Notes: generated by a model from the letters alone, not told the origin. A stretch of DNA of 35,035 nt from a virus (IMGVR_UViG_3300034104_004810:1-35035); one strand, 5' to 3'; positions 7,061 to 17,095 are shown, counted from the first letter of the stretch. Numbers and translations are program-made.

Positions 7061-9067
7061 ATGAAAACAATTAAAATCACAAGCATCAGACTTACCAACT
7101 TCAAAGGAATCAAAAACCAATTGATTGAATTTGACAACAACACCGATATTTTCGGAGCGAACGGAACTGGGAAAACAACAATTTACGATGCATTCCTTTG
7201 GCTTCTTTTCGGTAAAAATTCCGAAGACAAAAAAGACTTCAACATTAAAAACACGGTCGATTTAAGTCTTAACCGTCAAGAGCATGAAGTTCAAGCGGTA
7301 ATGATTATTGATGGCGAAACCAACACATTGAAACGCATCTACAAAGAAAAGTGGCAGAAAAAAAGAGGTGAAGAAGTTTCTGAAATGACTGGCAACGAAA
7401 CATTGTACTACTTGAATGAAGTTCCGATGCAGCAAAAAGAATTTCAATCAAAAGTATCTTCTTTTCTGGAAGAATCAGTTTTTAAATTGGTAACAAATCC
7501 TTACGCTTTCCATTCTTTAAAATGGCAAGATCGACGTTCTGTTTTGCTTCAAATGGCTGGCGAAATCACAGATGAAGAACTTGCCAAAGGCGTTCCGGAA
7601 TATGAGGCTTTGGTGGCAAACCTTACACAAGGTAAAACGATGGAAGATTATCGCAAACAGATCATCGCTTCTGTAAAAAAGAAAAAAGATGATTTGAAAG
7701 CCATTCCAACGCGAGTTGATGAAGTTTTGAAAAGTATGCCAGATGCACTTGATTTTGTTGCTTTAAAATCTGATTTGGCAGTCAAAGAAAAAGAAGTTCT
7801 TGCAGTTGACAATCAAATCCAAAACAAGTCGGCCGCTTTTGATGAAAAGCTAAAAGCAATCAATGAAAAGAAATTGCAAGCCAATACGCTTAGATCAGAA
7901 ATTCAAACCATTCAGGCCAATATAAAAGTTGCAGCCGAAAACAGCTTGAAACCTGATACTTCTGAAATCGATGGTTTGAATTCAAAACTAGCTACTAAAA
8001 AAGGCGAACTTCAAAGTGCCAACAATGCACTTGAAACTTTAGAAGGTAAAAAGACTTCTTTTGAAAATACCATTTCGGCTTTAGATTCTATGATGGGAGC
8101 AAAAAGAAATGAGTGGAAAATTGAAAATTCAAAGGGACTTACTTTCGAAGATCAATCATTTTGTTGTCCTACTTGCAAGCGCGACTTTGAAGCTTCCGAT
8201 GTTGAGGATAAGAAAAAGGAAATGTTGGCTAATTTCACTCAAAATAAGCAAATTAAACTGAATGAAATTAACGCCAAAGGCAAAGCGCTTGCAGAAGAGA
8301 AAACAGCTACAGAAAAAGAACTTTCGGTAATTGTTTCGAGAATTGCTACAGGAAATGAAATGGTTACGGGACTAGAAACCGAAATCAAAGAGATTGAAAG
8401 TGCAATTGAAATTGTAAAAGCCAAATCATTTACCAAAAGTGATTTGACCGTTGACCAGGTTATTACCAATATGCTTCTTGAAAACGTGGATTACAATAGG
8501 AAATCAATCGAGCTTGAAAATCTAGTGGCAACTATTGAAGAAGTTCCCGTGGTTGACGTTGAAGATTTGAAAACTCAAAGAAGATCTATTCAGATTGAAA
8601 TTGACGAAATCAAATCTAAAATTCTACTTGAAACTCAAATTGCTTCTTGCAACGAAAGACTTGAGCAACTGAAATCAGAAGAAAAAAGTTTAGCCCAACA
8701 AATTGCAGATGTTGAAAAAACACAATTCACAATCGAACGATTTGAGAAACTGAAAATGACCGCCCTTGAAGAAAAGGTAAATTCTATGTTCAAGATGGTA
8801 AAATTCAGAATGTTTGATACTCAAGTGAACGGTGGTGAAAGTCCAGACTGTGAAATCATGGTTAATGGAGTTCCTTTTTCAGATGCCAATACAGCTTCTA
8901 AAATTAACGCTGGTATCGACATCATTTCCACACTTTGTAATTACTACCAAGTATCAGCTCCTATCTTCATTGACGGTGCCGAATCTATCCACGACATTAT
9001 CGGAACGGAAAGCCAGTTGATTAGATTGGTAGTTTCTAAAGAAGATAAAGCTTTGCGAGTAGCGTAA
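7061..9067 (+). CDS. Rad50/SbcC-like SMC-type ATPase
   Basis: LTNFKG, Walker A GANGTGKTT, long coiled coil with central CPTC zinc hook, Walker B PIFIDGAES. Confidence 0.9.
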   Translation: MKTIKITSIRLTNFKGIKNQLIEFDNNTDIFGANGTGKTTIYDAFLWLLFGKNSEDKKDFNIKNTVDLSLNRQEHEVQAVMIIDGETNTLKRIYKEKWQKKRGEEVSEMTGNETLYYLNEVPMQQKEFQSKVSSFLEESVFKLVTNPYAFHSLKWQDRRSVLLQMAGEITDEELAKGVPEYEALVANLTQGKTMEDYRKQIIASVKKKKDDLKAIPTRVDEVLKSMPDALDFVALKSDLAVKEKEVLAVDNQIQNKSAAFDEKLKAINEKKLQANTLRSEIQTIQANIKVAAENSLKPDTSEIDGLNSKLATKKGELQSANNALETLEGKKTSFENTISALDSMMGAKRNEWKIENSKGLTFEDQSFCCPTCKRDFEASDVEDKKKEMLANFTQNKQIKLNEINAKGKALAEEKTATEKELSVIVSRIATGNEMVTGLETEIKEIESAIEIVKAKSFTKSDLTVDQVITNMLLENVDYNRKSIELENLVATIEEVPVVDVEDLKTQRRSIQIEIDEIKSKILLETQIASCNERLEQLKSEEKSLAQQIADVEKTQFTIERFEKLKMTALEEKVNSMFKMVKFRMFDTQVNGGESPDCEIMVNGVPFSDANTASKINAGIDIISTLCNYYQVSAPIFIDGAESIHDIIGTESQLIRLVVSKEDKALRVA

Positions 9068-9279
9068 TGAACGAGCATAGAGTTAAAAGAAATCCTGATG
9101 GTTGGGTGATCGAGAATTGCCCAACCAATATCGGGGTTAAGATTGGAAGCTTCGATTGTACGGCAAATTGCCCTCACAACGAGAATACCAAAAAAGAAAT
9201 TCAGGAGCAAGGATTTGACTTAGAATTCGTGCGATGCTCCAAAATTCAGAAAGAACAACAACTTAAAATTCAAATTTAA
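9067..9279 (+). CDS. Small Cys-containing hypothetical protein
   Basis: 70 aa, four Cys, TAATG coupling. Confidence 0.7.
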   Translation: MNEHRVKRNPDGWVIENCPTNIGVKIGSFDCTANCPHNENTKKEIQEQGFDLEFVRCSKIQKEQQLKIQI

Positions 9280-9290
9280 TAATTCATAAA

Positions 9291-10340
9291 ATGAGTACAA
9301 CAAGCCCAACCACTACAGAAAATAAGTCGAAACAAGAAGTTTCCACACAAGTGACACAATCTCCAAGTGAAAAATTTACCAATGCCGTAATGAAAAACTT
9401 TTCACAGGACAACGGCGGCGTTCAAATTACGCCTTTTCAAAAAAGACTATGTCAAGGTTATTTTATCAAAATAGATCAAATGCTTAAAGCAGCTGAGCTG
9501 AAAAGAATGGCCAAAACAGAACAGTATCGCGAGCCTTTGCCTTACAGGTGGGAAAACGTTAACATGAATAAGTTGGCGGTCGATGTGGTTTCGTACAGTT
9601 CGGTAGGATTAGATCCTATGCAAAAAAATCATCTGCATCCAATTCCTTACAAAAACAACGCCTTGAACAAATACGATATCAGTTTCACTAAAGGCTACAA
9701 CGGAATTGAATTGGTTGCCAAAAAGTACGGCGTTGATGTTCCAGATGATGTAATTATCAGACTGGTTTACAAAAATGAAAATTTCATTCCGATGTACAAG
9801 GATGCGGAAAATAAAAAAGAAACTTTCATTCACAAAGCTTCTGAAAACCCATTTGATAAAGGCGAAATTGTCGGAGGCTATTACTACTTTGTTTATTTAG
9901 ATGCTCCAGAAAAAAACAAACTTAGACTTTTTTCAATGCGAGATATTGAAAAGAGAATCCCTAAATCAGCATCAGTTGAGTTCTGGGGCGGTGAAAAAGA
10001 AGTTTGGAGAAACGGAAAGAAAACTGGTGAAAAAGAAACGATCGAGGGATGGAGAGATGAAATGTCATGGAAAACAATTAAACGCGCTGCATGGGATTCA
10101 ATTAACATTGATAGCCAAAAGATTGATGATAACATCCAGAAGATTCTTTCACAAGAAGAAATCGCTGTCGATGTAGTTTCTGAAAATGTTCAACACGAAA
10201 TCAAAACTAAGGCCAACAAAAAAACCTTAGATTTTGATGATGCAGAAGAGATTGAAAGCACTGAGGTTGTTGAGCATGAAATTGTAAATCAGTCTCCTGA
10301 AATGGCTTTTGAAGTTCCGAATTCTGGACCAGGCTTTTAA
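9291..10340 (+). CDS. recT: RecT/Redbeta-family ssDNA annealing protein
   Basis: GLDP...HLHPIPY, KGYNG, PFDKGEIVGGYYY, EMSWKTIKRAA motifs; acidic tail. Confidence 0.85.
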   Translation: MSTTSPTTTENKSKQEVSTQVTQSPSEKFTNAVMKNFSQDNGGVQITPFQKRLCQGYFIKIDQMLKAAELKRMAKTEQYREPLPYRWENVNMNKLAVDVVSYSSVGLDPMQKNHLHPIPYKNNALNKYDISFTKGYNGIELVAKKYGVDVPDDVIIRLVYKNENFIPMYKDAENKKETFIHKASENPFDKGEIVGGYYYFVYLDAPEKNKLRLFSMRDIEKRIPKSASVEFWGGEKEVWRNGKKTGEKETIEGWRDEMSWKTIKRAAWDSINIDSQKIDDNIQKILSQEEIAVDVVSENVQHEIKTKANKKTLDFDDAEEIESTEVVEHEIVNQSPEMAFEVPNSGPGF

Positions 10341-10342
10341 TC

Positions 10343-11083
10343 ATGAAACTTAAAATAATTGGAACGGGAAGTTCCGGCAATGCTTACATCCTCAGTAATG
10401 GGGATGAAGCTTTGTTAATCGAATGCGGGGTCAACATAAATGAGATTAAAAAAGCATTGGATTTCGATTTAAGTAAGGTCGTTGGGTGCATAGTAACACA
10501 TGAACACAAAGATCACTGCAAGGCTATTGAATGTGTAATGAAATTAGGAATAGATGTTTATTCTGGACCAGCTACGCTTCATTCAATAGGACTGATAACA
10601 CAACCTAGAGCAAGACCTTTCAAAGCACATCAAATAATCCAAATTGGCGGTTTCAAAGTCATGGCATTTGATGTAAAACACGATGCAGTTGAACCTTTAG
10701 GATTCATTATTCATCACCCTGATTGCGGCAAGGTTTTATTTTTAACCGACACCTATTTTTGCGAATACACTTTCAAAGGTTTGAACAACATCATAATTGA
10801 AGCAAATTACTCAAAGCAAATCATTGACCAAAAATACGGATCCGATAGTGGTAAAGAATTTTTGAGAAATAGAATTCTAAGATCTCACTTTTCGCTTGAA
10901 AATTGTAAGGATATGTTGTCGGCAAATGACTTGTCAGCAGTCAACAACATTGTTCTAATCCATTTATCAGATAGCAACTCAAACGAAAAGCAATTTCAAA
11001 AAGAAGTTGCCGAACTGACTTGCAAAAACGTAACCGTCGCACGTAAAGGATTGGTTATTCCATTCTTTAAAACACCTTTTTAG
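10343..11083 (+). CDS. MBL-fold metallo-hydrolase (YycJ-like)
   Basis: GTGSSGNAY, THEHKDH, HDA, TDT, EANY, HLS motifs. Confidence 0.9.
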   Translation: MKLKIIGTGSSGNAYILSNGDEALLIECGVNINEIKKALDFDLSKVVGCIVTHEHKDHCKAIECVMKLGIDVYSGPATLHSIGLITQPRARPFKAHQIIQIGGFKVMAFDVKHDAVEPLGFIIHHPDCGKVLFLTDTYFCEYTFKGLNNIIIEANYSKQIIDQKYGSDSGKEFLRNRILRSHFSLENCKDMLSANDLSAVNNIVLIHLSDSNSNEKQFQKEVAELTCKNVTVARKGLVIPFFKTPF

Positions 11084-11085
11084 TT

Positions 11086-11640
11086 ATGAGTAAAATATTA
11101 ATCATAGATATTGAAACAACTGGATTTCAACATCAAGGCGGCAAAATAGTCGAGGTCGGAATTGTAGAACTTGACTTATCAAACGGTAATCGGGAAATCA
11201 TTTTTGACCAAGTTTGTTGGGAATCCGGATTGACAGAGGAAGAAGTTGATAACAGCTGGATTGTGAAAAATTCAGACCTAACCAAAGAGCAAATTAGGAC
11301 TTCTAAAAACTTACAGATTTTAAAGCCAGAAATTCAGGATATCATCAACAGGTACCCACTTGGAGCGACTGCATTTAATAATGCTTTTGACTTTGGTTTT
11401 CTTGAAAATAGAGGTTTTGTTTTTCCTAGAAAGTTACCGTGCCCGATGAAATTATCCACTGATATCTGCAAGCTTCCAAATGCTAGAGGTGGTTATAAAT
11501 GGCCAAAGGTTGAAGAAGCGCACAAACATTTCTTTGGCGACGTTGGTTATGTTGAAAAGCACCGTGGAGCCGATGATGCTTATTTCGAAGCTCAGATAGT
11601 TTACAAACTTTATGAGTTGGCAATTTTTAAAATCTATTAA
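11086..11640 (+). CDS. DEDDh 3'-5' exonuclease
   Basis: DIETTG, FNNAFDFGFL, HRGADDA. Confidence 0.9.
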   Translation: MSKILIIDIETTGFQHQGGKIVEVGIVELDLSNGNREIIFDQVCWESGLTEEEVDNSWIVKNSDLTKEQIRTSKNLQILKPEIQDIINRYPLGATAFNNAFDFGFLENRGFVFPRKLPCPMKLSTDICKLPNARGGYKWPKVEEAHKHFFGDVGYVEKHRGADDAYFEAQIVYKLYELAIFKIY

Positions 11641-11641
11641 A

Positions 11642-12082
11642 ATGATTTACGACCCATCAAATCCACTTCAAGTAAAGCAAGCCATTGAAAAGATGAAGTA
11701 CTTCCTATCTAAAGGAAAGCGATTTGAGCTCAAAGCAAAGCACTAAAAGCGTAGTATTTCCCAAAACAACTACTTACATCTTATTCTCTCGTTTTTTGGC
11801 GTAGAGACAGGCTACACGCTTCAAGAAGTCAAACAGGATATATTTAAAAAACATGTCAATCCTACTTTGTTTTATGAAGGCGAATTTGATGGAGTGGTAA
11901 AAATTGAACGGTGGCGGAGTTCCGCAAGTCTCGACAAAGCCGAAATGACTTTGGCAATTGACCGATTCAGAAACTTTGCAAGTAGTGAGCTCGGGATTTA
12001 TTTACCCGAACCAGAAGATCTAGTATTGCTTCAAGAAATTGAAAGAGAATTGAGTAAAACCAAAAATCAAGAGCATTTATGA
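11642..12082 (+). pseudogene. NinB-like protein interrupted by in-frame TAA at 11744-11746
   Basis: MIYDPSNP...KAKH*KRSISQNNYLHLIL...SSASLDKAEMTLAIDRFRNFASSELGIYLPEP in one frame. Confidence 0.75.
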
Positions 12083-12357
12083 AACCAGAAATCAATTACG
12101 GTGATTTATTTCATGTTGAAAATAAAATTTCCAATCAGGAACATTTCGAAAGAAACAAAGATAGTTTTTCCAACCAATGCAGAATAGTGTATGAGGCACT
12201 TCTTAGAGGCGAAAAACTTACAACAACAAAAGCATTGATTCAGTATGGAATAGGAGATTTACGTCGTAGAATCAAAGACCTCAAAGACATCTGGAATGTT
12301 GATATTTCAGACCAATATGTTGACGGGAAATTCAAAGAATATTTTTTAAACAATTAA
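12079..12357 (+). CDS. Winged-HTH DNA-binding protein
   Basis: LLRGEKLTTTKALIQYGIGDLRRRIKDLK pattern. Confidence 0.7.
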   Translation: MKPEINYGDLFHVENKISNQEHFERNKDSFSNQCRIVYEALLRGEKLTTTKALIQYGIGDLRRRIKDLKDIWNVDISDQYVDGKFKEYFLNN

Positions 12358-12370
12358 TATAAATACGATC

Positions 12371-13024
12371 ATGAACATTATTATCAAAAAGGCCGCCATT
12401 CGTAGCGGCATGTTTTTAAACTACGAATTTGAGCAAAGAGATGAAATCTCAAACAACAACATCAAAACGCAATCAGATGCGCCAATTCATGATGATTTGG
12501 CAAAAGCATTTCGGCAACTGATTCCACACTTCGCTTTTATTACTGATGAAATATCAGAAGAGCTAGCGCGAAAATGCATCGACGATCCAGAAACATTTAT
12601 TTTTCAGCCATTGGAAGATGCTCCAGAGCCTAGAATCTATAATTTCCATGTTCATGAGTTTTCAATCATGGATAAAAAAGGATTGAATTTCGTTTCAATC
12701 TCAGGCTCAAAAACTTTGCTTTCAAAAGATACGATTAGTTTTTCAACTCCATCAGTTGACCTTGACAGCTTGAATGATTACAAGTTTGTTCAGCAGCTTT
12801 CAACTTTGGTAGAAGTTCTTAAAAAAGAAGTTCTGCTATACATGGAAGGTAAGCAATCAGAAAGACGTCAACTTGAAATGTTCAAAGATGAAGATTTAGA
12901 AGATGATGCAATTGAAATGACAATTTCCACAACCGATAAAAATGGAAATTTAAAAGAAGTAAAAACCAACACCAAAAAACTACAAAAGCTAGCTGAAAGT
13001 GTAAGCGCTTTTGAAGAAGATTAA
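12371..13024 (+). CDS. Hypothetical protein with QLEMF motif
   Basis: 217-aa ORF; acidic C-terminus. Confidence 0.75.
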   Translation: MNIIIKKAAIRSGMFLNYEFEQRDEISNNNIKTQSDAPIHDDLAKAFRQLIPHFAFITDEISEELARKCIDDPETFIFQPLEDAPEPRIYNFHVHEFSIMDKKGLNFVSISGSKTLLSKDTISFSTPSVDLDSLNDYKFVQQLSTLVEVLKKEVLLYMEGKQSERRQLEMFKDEDLEDDAIEMTISTTDKNGNLKEVKTNTKKLQKLAESVSAFEED

Positions 13025-13036
13025 ATCTCAAACAAC

Positions 13037-14698
13037 ATGCAGATAATTGAACACCCAACTGAATTTCATGTAAAAATTGATTTCAACAGGTTTAAAGTTG
13101 CTAATGAAAATAAAATAAAAAAGATTGACGGCACAAGGTTTTCATGGTCTCAAAAAGCATGGGTAGTTCCAATGTCAAAGCGTGAAGAATTGTTGGAAGT
13201 TCAGAAAATCACAAGAGCTGAGTGGATTGTAATTGATATTCGCCCCGAATTAACTGGGGCGATACCAACAATGCCAGATCTTGACTTTGATATAGAAATT
13301 GTGAATTCTGACAACGGATATACTCCGCGGCCATATCAACTTCAAGGAATTGCCAGAGGTTTAGAACTCAAAAGGTTTATCAATGGTGACGAACAAGGTT
13401 TAGGAAAAACACTGCAATCTTTAGCTACTATTTATGCAGCACATTTGAAAGGCGAAGATGTTTTCCCATGCATAGTTGTAGCTCCATCAACTACCAAAGT
13501 CAATTGGCAAAGAGAATGGAAAATGTGGACCGGTATTGACGCTTTAATTTTGGATAATAAAAACAAAGATACCTGGAATAGATTCTATGAAATGGGGATG
13601 AATAAAGTATTCATTGTCAATTACGAATCATTGAAAAAGTTCTTTGTAAAATCGATGCCAGCTAAAGGCCGTTACCGTTCATCTGATATTGTAATGGATG
13701 AAAGGGTTAAGCTTTTCAAGTCAATCATTGTAGATGAAATTCACAGATTGAAAAATCCATCTTCTCAGCAAACCAAAATCGCTTTACAACTTGCATTAGG
13801 CAAAAATTACAGAATTGGTTTAACCGGAACAATGGTGCCAAACAGACCTATCGAAGCAATGCCACAACTTGCAATTATCGGCAAACTAAAAAGTGAAAAA
13901 GTATTTAAAGAACGGTATTGTGCCGGTGGTTCTGGAGCTTCAAATCTCAAGGAATTGAATTACATGCTTTACCAACATTGCTACTTTCGACGTGAGAAAA
14001 AAGAAGTTGCAAAAGATCTTCCAGAAAAGCAACGCCAAACAATTCTTTGCGATATCACAACTCGACTTGAATACAATAAAGCCAAGAATGAATTTGTTAG
14101 ATGGCTTGAAGAACAAGGTTGTAACGATGAAGAAATTGCCAAAAAGATGCGAGGTGAAATCATGGTTAAAATGGGAGCATTGAAACAAATTTCAGCAAAA
14201 GGAAAGTTAAATGAAGTCAAGGAGTTTGTTGAAGAAATTGTGGAATCAGGTGAAAAGATTATCATTTTCTGCAATCTTCATCATATTGTTGACGAGGTTA
14301 AAAAATTGTTTCCAGGATCCGTTGAGGTTACTGGCAGATTATCTCAGGAAGAAAAGCAAAGATCAATTGATTCATTTCAGAACGACCCAAAAGTAAAAGT
14401 AATTGTTTGTAACATAAAAGCTGCGGGTGTAGGAATTACATTAACAGCATCTTCCAGAGTTGCTTTTATCGAATATCCTTGGACTTATGCTGATTGTGCA
14501 CAATGTGAAGATAGAGCGCACCGTATTGGTCAGAAAAATACCGTCATGTGTACCTATTTCCTAGGTGATAATACCATTGATGAAGAAATGTACCAAATGA
14601 TTCAAAACAAGCGCCATATCGGCAACACAATCACTGGAGCTACCGACGAAATGGAAATGAGTTATATCGATAATGTTGTTAACATTCTAAGAAAATAA
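13037..14698 (+). CDS. SNF2-family helicase (HARP/SMARCAL1-like)
   Basis: PRPYQ, DEQGLGKT, DEIH, LTGT, AAGVGITLT, QCEDRAHRIGQ. Confidence 0.92.
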   Translation: MQIIEHPTEFHVKIDFNRFKVANENKIKKIDGTRFSWSQKAWVVPMSKREELLEVQKITRAEWIVIDIRPELTGAIPTMPDLDFDIEIVNSDNGYTPRPYQLQGIARGLELKRFINGDEQGLGKTLQSLATIYAAHLKGEDVFPCIVVAPSTTKVNWQREWKMWTGIDALILDNKNKDTWNRFYEMGMNKVFIVNYESLKKFFVKSMPAKGRYRSSDIVMDERVKLFKSIIVDEIHRLKNPSSQQTKIALQLALGKNYRIGLTGTMVPNRPIEAMPQLAIIGKLKSEKVFKERYCAGGSGASNLKELNYMLYQHCYFRREKKEVAKDLPEKQRQTILCDITTRLEYNKAKNEFVRWLEEQGCNDEEIAKKMRGEIMVKMGALKQISAKGKLNEVKEFVEEIVESGEKIIIFCNLHHIVDEVKKLFPGSVEVTGRLSQEEKQRSIDSFQNDPKVKVIVCNIKAAGVGITLTASSRVAFIEYPWTYADCAQCEDRAHRIGQKNTVMCTYFLGDNTIDEEMYQMIQNKRHIGNTITGATDEMEMSYIDNVVNILRK

Positions 14699-14701
14699 AT
14701 T

Positions 14702-15436
14702 ATGGCTAGACCTGAAAGAAATAGCGTCGATTATTTCCCATTTTTTTGCGAAGAAGGGAATAAGATGTTCTATTTAGAAGAAACTTACGGAAATGATGGA
14801 TTTGCAGTATTTGTAAAGCTTCTAAGAGAGCTTGCAAAAACAGATTATCATTTCTTGAATTTATCAAAACCAAGCACAATGATGTACTTATCTGCAAAGT
14901 GCAAAGTTCAAAAAGATGTACTTGAAGCGATCATAAATGACCTTGTTGATTTAGGGAAATTTGATGATGTTTTATGGAAGGAAAATCGAGTTGTTTGGTG
15001 TCAAGATTTTATTGAAAGTATTCAAGATGCTTATAAAAAGCGAAATAATAAATGTATCACTTTTGACGGTTTACTCAGTCTTTTAGAAAGTTTAGGGATA
15101 CGTAAACCCTCAAAAGGGACAACTATAGGACCCGTAAACACACAAAGAAAAGAAAAGGAAATAAAAGAAAAGGAAATAAAAGAAAATTATGATGACAGAA
15201 AATTAAAATTTTCTTCCACACTCGAGCCTTATTTGAAAATTTATGGAAGGGAATTTCTGAATGATTTTTATAAATACTGGACCGAACCAAACAAGTCAAA
15301 AACAAAATTCCGGCAAGAACTTGAAAAAACATGGGATTTAGAGCGGAGACTTGAAACATGGGCACGGAATGATAAAAACTTTAAACCAATAACTCCAGAT
15401 GGAAAACCAGCAACAACCTTCGCAAAAAACAGGTGA
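14702..15436 (+). CDS. Phage replication initiator (DUF4373/Lin1244-like)
   Basis: MARP...VDYFP, YGNDGFAVFVKLL N-terminus; KEKEIKEKEIKE linker; FYKYWTEPN...TWDLERRLETW C-terminus. Confidence 0.8.
   Translation: MARPERNSVDYFPFFCEEGNKMFYLEETYGNDGFAVFVKLLRELAKTDYHFLNLSKPSTMMYLSAKCKVQKDVLEAIINDLVDLGKFDDVLWKENRVVWCQDFIESIQDAYKKRNNKCITFDGLLSLLESLGIRKPSKGTTIGPVNTQRKEKEIKEKEIKENYDDRKLKFSSTLEPYLKIYGREFLNDFYKYWTEPNKSKTKFRQELEKTWDLERRLETWARNDKNFKPITPDGKPATTFAKNR
15149..15186 (+). repeat. Tandem 15-bp repeat within initiator gene (possible ori region)
   Basis: AAAGAAAAGGAAATA x2 plus a partial copy. Confidence 0.45.
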
Positions 15437-16274
15437 AATCGAAATTCCTGATATTGGCATTCGAAAATACGAATATCTGAAAAGCCTCAAGCCTGAACTC
15501 AGAACTGAAACGCAAAAACAGCAAATTGAAACTTTTGAAGCAAAAAAAAGGCAAGCCACACCGGAACAAATCGACCTGCAGCACAATTATTTCGACAAAA
15601 TCCACGCGCCAAAAGATCAAAAGGAATTTTCAATTTCAGCTCGGCACCTTTGGGAGTTATTCAAATACAATTTTGAAAAAGTAAACAAGCGGCCATTTGA
15701 GAAAGTTGCTGGAATAACAATTCCGAACCTAGAGCCGTTGATTTATTATTTTTCAAAAGATGATCGTTTTTTTGAATGTAAAAATCTTTCGAAGTTGTCA
15801 GAACCTAGTTTTGACAAAGGTCTTTTAATCATCGGGACTTTTGGAAATGGCAAAACATCGACAATGAAAGTTTTTGAGCATATATTCAAGGGAATTTCTG
15901 GAATCACTTTCAAAGGATATTCCGCAAATGAAGCGGTTGTAATGTTTGAAAAATGCAGTTCGGATATTCTTCGAGATGAATTTGAAAAAACTATGTTCAA
16001 CGGAAATCGTTACTTCGATGATGTGAAAACCGAAAGAATGGCCAGCAACTTTGGCAAGGTAAATATCTTCAAAGAAATTTTTGAAGAACGATACAACCGA
16101 ATGACTTCAAAAAATATTAAGACTTTCATCACTTGCAATTACAAAGATGGTTTTGAAGGCGATATCGAGGTTGCTGTTGATGAATTTGGCGAAAAGTACG
16201 GAGGTCGCGTTTATGATCGGATTTTCGAGATGTACAACATCATTCTTTTCGAGGGCAAATCTTTCAGAAAATAG
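15399..16274 (+). CDS. DnaC/IstB-like P-loop ATPase (helicase loader)
   Basis: GTFGNGKTS, FDDVKTE, TCN, YGGRVYDRIFEMYN...GKSFR. Confidence 0.85.
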   Translation: MENQQQPSQKTGEIEIPDIGIRKYEYLKSLKPELRTETQKQQIETFEAKKRQATPEQIDLQHNYFDKIHAPKDQKEFSISARHLWELFKYNFEKVNKRPFEKVAGITIPNLEPLIYYFSKDDRFFECKNLSKLSEPSFDKGLLIIGTFGNGKTSTMKVFEHIFKGISGITFKGYSANEAVVMFEKCSSDILRDEFEKTMFNGNRYFDDVKTERMASNFGKVNIFKEIFEERYNRMTSKNIKTFITCNYKDGFEGDIEVAVDEFGEKYGGRVYDRIFEMYNIILFEGKSFRK

Positions 16275-16276
16275 CC

Positions 16277-16498
16277 ATGACTTTCGCAACACAAAAAGCC
16301 AGACTTGTAAAGCAAATGAAACTTTACATTCAATTTTTGCAGCATTGTTCAACCGAAAAAGAACTTTTCAAACTACTTGCAGAAATTCAATTTCTAAAAT
16401 TGAAAATTGAAAAAATTAACCGAATGACCATGAGCGAAGCTTCTCAGGAAGCCCCATGCATTACCAAACAATTCGAAAGTAATTTCGAGAACATTTAA
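16277..16498 (+). CDS. Hypothetical protein
   Basis: 73-aa ORF in operon. Confidence 0.65.
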   Translation: MTFATQKARLVKQMKLYIQFLQHCSTEKELFKLLAEIQFLKLKIEKINRMTMSEASQEAPCITKQFESNFENI

Positions 16499-16512
16499 AA
16501 CCCAAAACTTTT

Positions 16513-16938
16513 ATGGCAAAAATATTAATTGGCATCGATCCAGATGTTGATAAGTCGGGCTATGCTTTTATGATTGGCGACAAAATCAAACTAGCCAATC
16601 TTACTTTTTTCGAACTGTTTGAAGAATTGAGTTTCTACAAAGAGCGAATTGAAAAGCCAACAGTATACGTAGAATGCGGTTTTTTAAACAAATCCAACTG
16701 GCACAAAAAGCAAGGCGGTTCATCAGCTGTTAACGCAATGATCGGCCAAAGAACCGGCGCCAACTTCGAAACGGCAAAAAAGATTTGTGAGATGTGTGAG
16801 TATCTAAATATCCCACATGTCAAAGTAAAACCAACAGCATCGAAAAAAGACGCTGCTTTCTTCAAGCAATTAACTGGCTCCAAAATCAGGACCAATCAGG
16901 AGCAAAGGGACGCGTTAATGCTCATTGTAGGCCGTTAA
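16513..16938 (+). CDS. RuvC-like Holliday junction resolvase
   Basis: ILIGIDPD, VYVE, EQRDA acidic catalytic pattern. Confidence 0.75.
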   Translation: MAKILIGIDPDVDKSGYAFMIGDKIKLANLTFFELFEELSFYKERIEKPTVYVECGFLNKSNWHKKQGGSSAVNAMIGQRTGANFETAKKICEMCEYLNIPHVKVKPTASKKDAAFFKQLTGSKIRTNQEQRDALMLIVGR

Positions 16939-16959
16939 ACCTAAAAAAATTATTAATTC

Positions 16960-17001
16960 GTAATATTTATTATTACAAAGTAATATATTTTATTACATTT
17001 G
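16960..17001 (+). promoter_or_regulatory. Promoter with tandem GTAATA-N5-TATTAC operators
   Basis: Perfect boxes at 16960 and 16980; -7 box TACATTTG 16994-17001. Confidence 0.7.
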
Positions 17002-17003
17002 TC

Positions 17004-17095
17004 GAGTTGAAAGTCGGAAGTCAACTTACATACGAAAAGACATCACAATCTTAAGCTAGTACCCGCCGACTCGGGGAACGCTTAAGATTTTTTTT
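17004..17095 (+). ncRNA. Structured leader/sRNA with two hairpins and U-tract
   Basis: GAGTTGA/TCAACTT and AATCTTAAGC/GCTTAAGATT stems; loops AGTCGG and CCGACT are complementary. Confidence 0.55.
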
